Shown: in pieces, positions 6,238 to 12,827 of the stretch | How positions within the stretch are numbered: the first letter of the stretch is position 1 | Layout of the letters: every line of letters begins with the position of its first letter | DNA from: Candidatus Micrarchaeota archaeon | Lineage (GTDB): Archaea > Micrarchaeota > Micrarchaeia > Anstonellales > Bilamarchaeaceae | Assembly (NCBI GenBank): GCA_040754495.1 | Contig: JBFMCO010000068.1 | Coordinates: 1 to 17,203, forward strand | Direction of reading: 5' to 3' | DNA: 17,203 nucleotides | Notes under the pieces: generated by a model | Database searches by the model: none | Told to the model about the DNA's origin: nothing | The model's input: only the letters and a program-made list of their open reading frames with translations | Made by a program: the position numbers and the translations under genes

Positions 6238-7427
6238 TGAGGGACGTCAGGGGGGATTTCCCGCTCCTTTCGAAGAAGCCGGGGCTTGTCTATCTGGACA
6301 GCGCATGCACGTCGCTCAAGCCCAGGGCGGTCATCGATGCAGAAAGCTCGTATTACACCGAACTGGGGGCATGCGGCGGCCGCAGCTCGCACTCGCTCGG
6401 GCGGGAGACCAGCGACCGGCTCGGCGAGGCTCGCGAAAGGATGCTGGCATTCGCAGGAGCGAAGGGCGAGGAGCTCGTCTGGACGAGGAACGCCACAGAA
6501 GCCCTCAACATCGTCGCGAACGGGTTCGATTATTCGAACCGGCCAAAGGTCGTGACAAGCGTGATGGAGCACCATTCGGTCCTGCTGCCGTTCATGGCGC
6601 TGGCAGAGAGGGGCCTTGTCAGGCTGGAAATCCTGCCGTGCGATTCGCTGGGCAGCGTTGCCGCAGAGGCCTGGAAATCGGCGATCGACAAGACGACCGC
6701 CCTGGTAGTCACCCACAGCTGGAACAATACCACCGGGACCGGGCAGCGGATTCCAGAGCTTGCGAGGCTTGCTCACGATAGCGGCGCCATGCTATGCGTC
6801 GACGGGGCACAGGGGCTTCCCCACCACGGATGCGATTTCAGGAAGGAGGGCATAGACTTCCTCTGCTTCTCCGGGCACAAGATGCTCGGCCCGACGGGAA
6901 TCGGCGGCCTTATCATGAAGAAGGGCCTCCTTTCGAAGACGAAGCCGCTCATGAGCGGGGGCGGGACCGTGAAGACCGTGAGCGCGGGGAAAAGCGTGCC
7001 TACGGACGACCACTCGCGCTTCGAGGCAGGCGTGCAGCACTATGCCGGCATAATCGGGCTTGCCGCGGCCTGCGACTACCTGAGCGCGCTCGGGATGGAG
7101 AACGTCGAGGCGCACGAGAAGGCGCTCGCGGAGCTTATGCTGAAGCAGCTCGGGGATGCCGGCGCAATCGTCCACGGCCCGGACGCGCACGATAATCATG
7201 GCGCGCTGTATTCCTTCAACTTCAAGGGTGCGAAGCCGCATGATGTGGCCCTGATGCTGGACAAGGACGGGGTCGCAGTCCGGAGCGGCTTCTTCTGCGC
7301 GCAGATGGCGATGGAAGCCCTCGGGGCTAAAGACGGGGCCGCGAGGGCCAGCGCGTACATCTACAACAACCAGGACGATATAAGGAAGCTCGGCGAGGCG
7401 CTGCAGAGGATACGCAAGCTTTACTGA
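6234..7427 (+). CDS. sufS: Cysteine desulfurase, SufS/group II type (class V PLP enzyme)
   Basis: YLDSACTSLKP, MEHHSVLLP, VDGAQ, the PLP-Lys motif FSGHKMLGPTGIG, FEAG, and the catalytic loop VRSGFFCAQ. Start overlaps the upstream stop (ATGATGA). Confidence 0.88.
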   Translation: MMRDVRGDFPLLSKKPGLVYLDSACTSLKPRAVIDAESSYYTELGACGGRSSHSLGRETSDRLGEARERMLAFAGAKGEELVWTRNATEALNIVANGFDYSNRPKVVTSVMEHHSVLLPFMALAERGLVRLEILPCDSLGSVAAEAWKSAIDKTTALVVTHSWNNTTGTGQRIPELARLAHDSGAMLCVDGAQGLPHHGCDFRKEGIDFLCFSGHKMLGPTGIGGLIMKKGLLSKTKPLMSGGGTVKTVSAGKSVPTDDHSRFEAGVQHYAGIIGLAAACDYLSALGMENVEAHEKALAELMLKQLGDAGAIVHGPDAHDNHGALYSFNFKGAKPHDVALMLDKDGVAVRSGFFCAQMAMEALGAKDGAARASAYIYNNQDDIRKLGEALQRIRKLY

Positions 7428-7459
7428 GCATGCAAGGCGTCCAGACGCCTGGGCGCTGG

Positions 7460-7918
7460 TCAGCACGCGCGCCTGAGGGACTCTTTTATCTCCCGGCCGC
7501 GCTCGAAAAGGAAGCGCTCCTCGTCGCTCTCCAGGACGGGCTCGGGCACCTTCAGCGGCCTGCCGCTGCCGTCAACGGCAACGAAGACGAAATCAGCGCA
7601 CCCGACAATCGTCTTCCGCTCGCCGCTCTTCGTCTCGGATTCGGCCTTGACCCGCATCAGCATAGACGTATTCCCGACATAGATGAGCCTCGCGCTGGCA
7701 ATCACGGTCTCGCCGAGCTTGACGGGCTTCCCGAAGACCAGGTTGTCCACGCTAACGGTCACGCAGTCGGCCTTGCAGTACCTCGTGGCCGCTATCGTCG
7801 CGGCCTTGTCCATCATCGCGATGAGTACGCCTCCGAAAAGGGTGCCGTAGTGGTTGGTCTGGCCGGGCATGACGACGTCTATCACTTCGGCCCTGCCAGC
7901 CGAGATTTTTTCCTGCAT
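7460..7918 (-). CDS. Hotdog-fold acyl-CoA thioesterase (YciA-like)
   Basis: VMPGQTNHYGTLFGGVLIAMMDKAA, VTVSVDNLVFGKPV and FVAVDGSGRP. The likely start ATG 7918 follows a GGTGA SD; the ORF track extends to 7987. Confidence 0.9.
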   Translation of the reverse strand: MQEKISAGRAEVIDVVMPGQTNHYGTLFGGVLIAMMDKAATIAATRYCKADCVTVSVDNLVFGKPVKLGETVIASARLIYVGNTSMLMRVKAESETKSGERKTIVGCADFVFVAVDGSGRPLKVPEPVLESDEERFLFERGREIKESLRRAC

Positions 7919-7985
7919 GGACGGATTTTCACCGGGTGGGGATTTAATCGTAGCGCCTGCCGGTGCGCTTTTGTCCATAATATCC

Positions 7986-8010
7986 ATTTAAATTATCTTT
8001 TTATCACAAT
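7986..8010. promoter_or_regulatory. AT-rich divergent promoter (TATA-like TTTAAATT)
   Basis: TTTAAATT at 7987-7994, about 24 bp before ATG 8018, in an AT-rich gap between divergent genes. Confidence 0.55.
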
Positions 8011-8017
8011 AGATAAC

Positions 8018-8671
8018 ATGAAGGACGTCCGAATCCGGCTTCTTTATCCCTCGTCCGTCAGGCCTGAAGAGGTGCGCGCTGCCATGCGGGGCATGGACAG
8101 GTTCAGGGACTTCGGGGCCTTGCATGATTGCGCCGAACTGGGCAGGGGCGACCGTGCGGCGCTCCGGGGAGTCAGGAACGGGAGTTCGATAAAAAGCATC
8201 CTGGCATCGCCGGCGCCGGTGGTCAGGTACGCCGACCTGCTCGGAGACATATCAGAGTTGTTCGTCTCCAAAGAGATACTCGCCCTCGGCCTGACACCTT
8301 CGCCCATGAGCGAATTCGTAGGGGAGGAGTTTTCAACAAGGCTGGAGCGCCGCGTAGGGGTGTCAAGGGAGTGCGTGGGGGCGGTAGTTTCGCTGTCTCA
8401 GGCGAGGGCGATGGAAGGGGGCATGCAGGCTGCCCCGTACCGGAACCTGTCGGACCCCGGCCTGGCGCTCAGGTCGGTAGAGCTGGCGGTCAGGCACGAG
8501 CTTGGCCACGTATTCGGAAAAAGGCACTGCCGGAACGAAGGCTGCCTCATGCAGGAGAACAGGGACTTCCCGGATTTCATCGAAAGGTTCGTCCGGAAAA
8601 ACCTGGACTTCTGCCGGGACTGCTCGGCTGCGATAGGCTCCTTCATCTGCCGCTGGACATCCGCCTATTGA
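8018..8671 (+). CDS. Archaemetzincin-like Zn metalloprotease (M54-like)
   Basis: HELGHVFGKRHC zinc motif followed by CLM and FCRDC (the CxxxxC...CxxC second Zn site). The real start is ATG 8018; the 7430 extension is antisense to the thioesterase. Confidence 0.8.
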   Translation: MKDVRIRLLYPSSVRPEEVRAAMRGMDRFRDFGALHDCAELGRGDRAALRGVRNGSSIKSILASPAPVVRYADLLGDISELFVSKEILALGLTPSPMSEFVGEEFSTRLERRVGVSRECVGAVVSLSQARAMEGGMQAAPYRNLSDPGLALRSVELAVRHELGHVFGKRHCRNEGCLMQENRDFPDFIERFVRKNLDFCRDCSAAIGSFICRWTSAY

Positions 8672-8730
8672 GCCGCGTGAAAACCGAATCACCCGGCAAA
8701 TTTTAATTTATTGAACGCTTTGGGTCATCC

Positions 8731-9222
8731 ATGCAAAAGATAACGCCGTTTCTGTGGTTCGACGACAAGGCCGAGGAGGCTGCGAGGTTCTACGTCTCGG
8801 TTTTCAAGAACTCGAAAATCCTGGACGTCGCACGCTACGACAAGGAAGGGGCCAAGGTGTCCGGAAGGCCCGCGGGCTCGGTGATGACCATATCGTTCCG
8901 CATCCTCGGGCAGGAGTTCGTCGCTTTGAACGGCGGGCCCATCTTCAAGTTCAACGAGTCTGTTTCCTTCGTCGTGAACTGCAAGACGCAGAAGGAAGTG
9001 GATTATTATTGGGAGACGCTCTCCAGGGGCGGGGACAGGTCGGCGCAGCAGTGCGGCTGGCTCAAGGACAGATACGGCTTGTCCTGGCAGGTAGTGCCGG
9101 ACATACTGGAGAAGCTCCTGCAGGACAAGGATGGGAGGAAATCGCAGAGGGTGATGGCTGCGATGCTCAAGATGAAGAAAATCGAAATCGAGGGCCTGAA
9201 GAAAGCGTACAGAGGGCAGTAG
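8731..9222 (+). CDS. VOC/PhnB-like protein (3-demethylubiquinone-9 3-methyltransferase-like family)
   Basis: MQKITPFLWFDDKAEEAARFY, ALNGGPIFKFNESVSFVVNC, CGWLKDRYGLSWQVVP and AMLKMKKI motifs. TTTTAATTTA at 8701-8710. Confidence 0.92.
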   Translation: MQKITPFLWFDDKAEEAARFYVSVFKNSKILDVARYDKEGAKVSGRPAGSVMTISFRILGQEFVALNGGPIFKFNESVSFVVNCKTQKEVDYYWETLSRGGDRSAQQCGWLKDRYGLSWQVVPDILEKLLQDKDGRKSQRVMAAMLKMKKIEIEGLKKAYRGQ

Positions 9223-9263
9223 CCGCAGGAACAGCATTAAATATTGGCTGATAAAGGGGATTC

Positions 9264-9692
9264 ATGCCAGAATGCGTATTTTGCAGGATCGTACGTGGTA
9301 GCCTCTCGAGCACGAAGCTCTATGAAGACGACAGCATGCTAGCGTTCATGGACTACAAGCCCATCACGCAGGGCCACGTCCTGATAATCCCTAAAAGGCA
9401 CGCCGAGTTGCTGACGGAGCTGGATGACAACCTCGCAGGGGAGATGCTCGTCCTTGCCAAGAAGGTGGGGCTGGCCCTGAAGAAGTCCAAGCTCAACGTC
9501 CGGGGAGTCAACTACATCCTTGCAGACGGAGCCGAGGCCGGGCAGGAGATATTCCACGTCCACATGCATATCGTGCCGCGATACCGCGGGGACGGCTTCG
9601 GGCTGCGGATGCCCCAGCGGGACGAAGAGGAGACGGACGAGAAGAGGCTGGAGAGGACGGCGGCGAAGATTAGGAAGTTCCTCGAAGTGTAA
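9264..9692 (+). CDS. HIT-family nucleotide hydrolase
   Basis: CVFCRI, PITQGHVLIIPKRH, GAEAGQEIFHVHMHIVPR (histidine triad). Confidence 0.95.
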   Translation: MPECVFCRIVRGSLSSTKLYEDDSMLAFMDYKPITQGHVLIIPKRHAELLTELDDNLAGEMLVLAKKVGLALKKSKLNVRGVNYILADGAEAGQEIFHVHMHIVPRYRGDGFGLRMPQRDEEETDEKRLERTAAKIRKFLEV

Positions 9693-9756
9693 GGCGGTCG
9701 GGAAAGCGAAACCTGCTGACGGAAAGAGGGTAGGGAAAACCGACCGTTACCACGGC

Positions 9757-10671
9757 TTAGCTGTCATAATCGCAGCTGGAACTATAGTAATTCGGGCTTT
9801 TCGAACCTTCATTAACCATCTCTCGAAGTTTCGCGCAGGCAGCGTCCAGATTCCCGTATATCCCCGAAATCACGCCCTTTATCGCATCCCCCTGCGGTTC
9901 GAGGGAGAAGAAGACCGCCTTTTTTGCGAAGGTGTACGGCACCTCAACCGAGCCGGACCCAGTTGCTACGGTCTCGGTGGCTTGCGTCTGATAATAGAGA
10001 ACGAGATAGGTCTCCGTATCGATGCATTTGATTTCCTCATCGCTGTCCCAGCTGAGGCGGTAGGATACGTTCAGGCAGTCGCGGCCGAGCACCCTTGACA
10101 TCCCCAGTATGACGCCTTGCGCCTCCTCAAAAGAGACGGTTTCGGCCCACTGCCCGGATGTTCCGTTGTATTCGTACGAGGAGGATATCGTGCTCCACAT
10201 GAAATGCGGACCGCCCTCCGGGCATCCGCTCGGGTTGCGGCAGAAGAGGCATGCCCAGGAAACCGGCTGCGGACCGCAAAGGACGTTAGAGCCGTTTTTC
10301 GGGTTCCAGACGATGTTGCATTCCGGATTGAAATAGTCTTTCGAGTCATTTTCAGAGTAGTTTTTGAAGCAAAGCCTCGAGAGGTAGTCCTGGCCGCTTG
10401 ATACGACATCTACGAAGGCCCCCTCCCCGCTGCCCGGCCGGCCGCTCTCGTCATATGCGTAGATTATCCGGTATTCGGAGGAGAGCATCGCGTCCCTGCT
10501 CTTCTGGAGGATTTCCTTAAGCGTTGAGTTTTCAAGTCCCCCGCTCTGGTTTTGCGGAGGATAAGCGGAGGGGGGCGGGGTCTGGTTCGAACCCGTACGC
10601 GTCGATGCCTCTTGGGTGCATCCTGCCAGCAAGAGCATGCCAATCAGGAAAAGAGCCTGCAAAAGCCTCAT
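9757..10671 (-). CDS. Secreted Cys-rich lipoprotein of unknown function
   Basis: Signal peptide with lipobox LLLAGC, a Pro/Gln/Ser linker, then a Cys-rich body. TTTTAAT TATA-like element 22-28 bp upstream. Confidence 0.75.
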   Translation of the reverse strand: MRLLQALFLIGMLLLAGCTQEASTRTGSNQTPPPSAYPPQNQSGGLENSTLKEILQKSRDAMLSSEYRIIYAYDESGRPGSGEGAFVDVVSSGQDYLSRLCFKNYSENDSKDYFNPECNIVWNPKNGSNVLCGPQPVSWACLFCRNPSGCPEGGPHFMWSTISSSYEYNGTSGQWAETVSFEEAQGVILGMSRVLGRDCLNVSYRLSWDSDEEIKCIDTETYLVLYYQTQATETVATGSGSVEVPYTFAKKAVFFSLEPQGDAIKGVISGIYGNLDAACAKLREMVNEGSKSPNYYSSSCDYDS

Positions 10672-10746
10672 GGACAGATTATTCAGGCAAGATTAAAATG
10701 GATTGACGCACCCGCGAGCGGAGCGAGCGAAATTCCACGTTTTTGG

Positions 10747-10767
10747 GCGCTTTTTACAAAAAAGCGC
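10747..10767. other. Perfect 9-bp inverted repeat at the island's left boundary
   Basis: GCGCTTTTT-ACA-AAAAAGCGC, directly abutting repeat copy 1. Confidence 0.6.
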
Positions 10768-10865
10768 AGGGCCATGACCGAGAATTCAAATCCCAGTTCG
10801 AGTCTCGTAAAATTCATGCAATATCATGCATTTTTCAGCAAGACATTGCAGTATCGAAATATAAA
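10768..10865 (+). repeat. ~98-bp imperfect direct repeat, copy 1 (palindrome pair + TATA)
   Basis: Aligns to 12698-12794 with 78/98 identities by hand. Identical blocks: AGGGCCATGACCG, GAATTCAAAT, TCTCGT, ATGCAATATCATGCAT, ATTGCA and AAATATAAA. Confidence 0.92.
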
Positions 10866-10886
10866 GCCGTTTGTTGCTCATTATGT

Positions 10887-11597
10887 ATGATGGCGTCAAG
10901 AATAAAGCTTCACAAATCTGAGGGGCTCACTGGAAGACACGACTTGGTGAGATACCTAGCTGGAGCGATACTTGAGATTAATGCGGATCATCCGGTTCGG
11001 GTAGGTATTGATGGTGCTGACGCATCTGGAAAGACGCATCTGGCTAATGACCTTGCAGTAGAACTCGGAAAAAGAGGGCGGCAGATAATTCGTGCCTCGA
11101 TAGACGGTTTTCACAATCCAAGGGGGATCAGGTACAGAAAAGGCCGGGATTCTCCTGAAGGGTATTATCTCGACTCTTTCGATAATCAAGCCATCATCGA
11201 CAATCTGTTAGCTCCTCTTGGCCCTAACGGAAATCGGTTGATAAGGACTGTGATATTTGATTTTAGAACAGATTCGGAAGTCGATGCGGTGGCGATACGT
11301 GCGACAAATAACTCAATCCTGGTAATGGAAGGGGTTTTCTTGTTTCGTCCCGAACTGGCCAGTCAATGGGATTTGAAGGTATTTTTGGACGTGGATTTTT
11401 CTACCTCTCTGAGCCGTGCTTTGAAACGAGATATATATTATCTTGGCTCAGAGGAGGGTATCAGACAGATGTACGAAAAGCGCTATATCCCCGGGCAGAA
11501 ATTATATTTCGCAGCATGCAATCCTAAAGAACAGGCGGACATCCTAGTAGACAATAACGATTTCGATAATCCAAAGATTACTCGATGCTCTGTGTGA
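10887..11597 (+). CDS. Uridine-kinase-like P-loop nucleoside kinase
   Basis: VGIDGADASGKT Walker A, RASIDGFHNP, SPEGYYLDSFD, EGVFLFRPEL and RYIPGQ. ATG 10887/10890 lies ~25 bp after the TATA of repeat copy 1; the 10743 extension runs through the repeat. Confidence 0.85.
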   Translation: MMASRIKLHKSEGLTGRHDLVRYLAGAILEINADHPVRVGIDGADASGKTHLANDLAVELGKRGRQIIRASIDGFHNPRGIRYRKGRDSPEGYYLDSFDNQAIIDNLLAPLGPNGNRLIRTVIFDFRTDSEVDAVAIRATNNSILVMEGVFLFRPELASQWDLKVFLDVDFSTSLSRALKRDIYYLGSEEGIRQMYEKRYIPGQKLYFAACNPKEQADILVDNNDFDNPKITRCSV

Positions 11598-11623
11598 CTA
11601 CACTTTGATTTCCCGTAGTCACA
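11593..11623. repeat. Inverted pair TGTGACTAC-N13-GTAGTCACA at the convergent kinase/Fic junction
   Basis: TGTGACTAC at 11593-11601 and GTAGTCACA at 11615-11623. Each arm contains the TGA stop of one of the two genes. Confidence 0.85.
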
Positions 11624-12563
11624 TCTTTTTCTTCAGGCTCTTCCGCAGGCGCCGATACTCTTTCAGCATGAGCTCGATCATCGGCCTTATATTCTGGCTA
11701 TTCTCATATTTCTGCAGCGCGGCATAATACTCTTTCCGGTTTTTCAATTCGATGTTAAGGGGCGGGAAATTATGCTTAAGCAAGATGTTTATCAGCAGAA
11801 GGCGCCCTACCCGCCCATTGCCGTCCTCGAAAGGATGGATATTCTCGAATTGGTTGTGCACCACTGCAGCTAGAACGAGCGGCGGGTATTTTTTCCGGTT
11901 CTTGCCGTACCAGATGACCAGTTCTTTTAAAAGAGAGGCGACTTGGCTTGATGGCGCCCCCTGATGTATTATATTTCCGAAACCATCAACAACCGCCACT
12001 TCCTTGCCGCGCGCTCTGAAGTTCCCTGCAAACGGTTTTGAGTTCTTGAATATGATTCGATGGAGTTCCTTTATCAGCCCTAGGGAGACATGATCTTTAG
12101 CCTTTCTAATGTAAGCAACCGCCTCGGCAACCCCATAGGTCTCGGATATCTCTTCCTTTGGTTTTTCCGGCCATTTGTTCTTCTCAAGGATATTGAGTAC
12201 CTCATGTCCAGTGACTGACGAACCTTCGATGGCATTGGTATCATAGGTGAATGCTTCGGTGAACTTCCGCCAGTCAGCTTCACTTAGATGGAGCAATTTT
12301 ATCTTGCCTTTGGCTTCGATGGTTCTGAGTTCTCCAAGTTCAGATGGAGATAAAACAGTCCTATAGGGGTCATGGATAAATTTTGCGCTCTGAAGCCTAG
12401 AACTGATCATCTGCTCGGCTTCCTTTTTCTTTGAATCCACCTGCGCTTGGGAGAGATCGGCACCCAGGTATACCCGGATTTTTTTGATTTTTCCGTCCTT
12501 CCGATAGGAATGGGCCAGATAGTACTGTGTTCTGCCGTCTTTCCTCCTTTTTTCGATGTACAC
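11619..12563 (-). CDS. Fic-domain protein (class II) with an N-terminal beta-sheet putative DNA-binding domain
   Basis: Intact catalytic motif HPFEDGNGRVGR and inhibitory (S/T)xxxE(G/N) motif TNAIEG. N-terminus MYIEKRRKDGRTQYYLAHSYRKDGKIKKIRVYLG. GTG start. Confidence 0.93.
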   Translation of the reverse strand: MYIEKRRKDGRTQYYLAHSYRKDGKIKKIRVYLGADLSQAQVDSKKKEAEQMISSRLQSAKFIHDPYRTVLSPSELGELRTIEAKGKIKLLHLSEADWRKFTEAFTYDTNAIEGSSVTGHEVLNILEKNKWPEKPKEEISETYGVAEAVAYIRKAKDHVSLGLIKELHRIIFKNSKPFAGNFRARGKEVAVVDGFGNIIHQGAPSSQVASLLKELVIWYGKNRKKYPPLVLAAVVHNQFENIHPFEDGNGRVGRLLLINILLKHNFPPLNIELKNRKEYYAALQKYENSQNIRPMIELMLKEYRRLRKSLKKKM

Positions 12564-12575
12564 AAATAGGTATTA

Positions 12576-12618
12576 TGTGACTACGTTTATTAATTTATTG
12601 ATTAGGTTGTGACTACGT
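12576..12618. promoter_or_regulatory. Fic promoter: TATA flanked by direct repeats TGTGACTACGT
   Basis: TGTGACTACGT at 12576-12586 and 12608-12618. Minus-strand TTAATAAA lies between them, 24-31 bp upstream of the GTG. Confidence 0.75.
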
Positions 12619-12697
12619 AATTTGGTTAGCCGTCGAAATCGGAATTGGTGAATAAAAGAAGGAAAGGGCCACGACCGGGACCACCCAGGAAGATTAT

Positions 12698-12794
12698 AGG
12701 GCCATGACCGTGAATTCAAATTCTGGTTCGACTCTCGTTAAACAATGCAATATCATGCATGTGTATGCAATATATTGCATAAGTTAAATATAAA
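12698..12794 (+). repeat. ~98-bp imperfect direct repeat, copy 2
   Basis: Lies 1930 bp after copy 1 and contains the perfect 18-bp palindrome TATGCAATATATTGCATA (12764-12781). A partial third copy AGGGCCACGACCG is at 12665-12677. Confidence 0.92.
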
Positions 12795-12827
12795 TCTTTT
12801 TTCAGTGTCGCACATGGTTAACAACAA

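Noticed and set aside
7430-8017. N-terminal half of the 413-aa ORF 7430-8671
   Set aside because: It is antisense to the thioesterase and crosses an AT-rich promoter. ATG 8018 has proper TATA spacing.
9693-9748. Stem (GGCGGTCGG/CCGACCGTT) enclosing GAAA and CTGACGG words, suggestive of a hammerhead ribozyme
   Set aside because: The core lacks CUGANGA and the required stem order. More likely a hairpin between convergent genes.
10713-10731. CGCGAGCGGAGCGAGCGAA repeat-like motif
   Set aside because: Single low-complexity occurrence with no partner arm or second copy in the window.
10768-10810. Complete tRNA gene at either repeat copy
   Set aside because: Only T-loop-like words are present. 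The T-stems are mismatched and there is no D-arm, anticodon arm or acceptor stem I can fold.
10743-10886. 48-codon N-terminal extension of the kinase ORF
   Set aside because: It runs through the repeat, palindromes and TATA box. Kinase-like sequence begins only after 10887. The GHDREF reading is kept only as a clue to the repeat's origin.
10774-10890. Micro-peptides MTENSNPSSSLVK / MTVNSNSGSTLVK from the ATG in each repeat
   Set aside because: Differences in this frame are mostly non-synonymous and the copies shift frame after 13 codons, so there is no sign of coding constraint.
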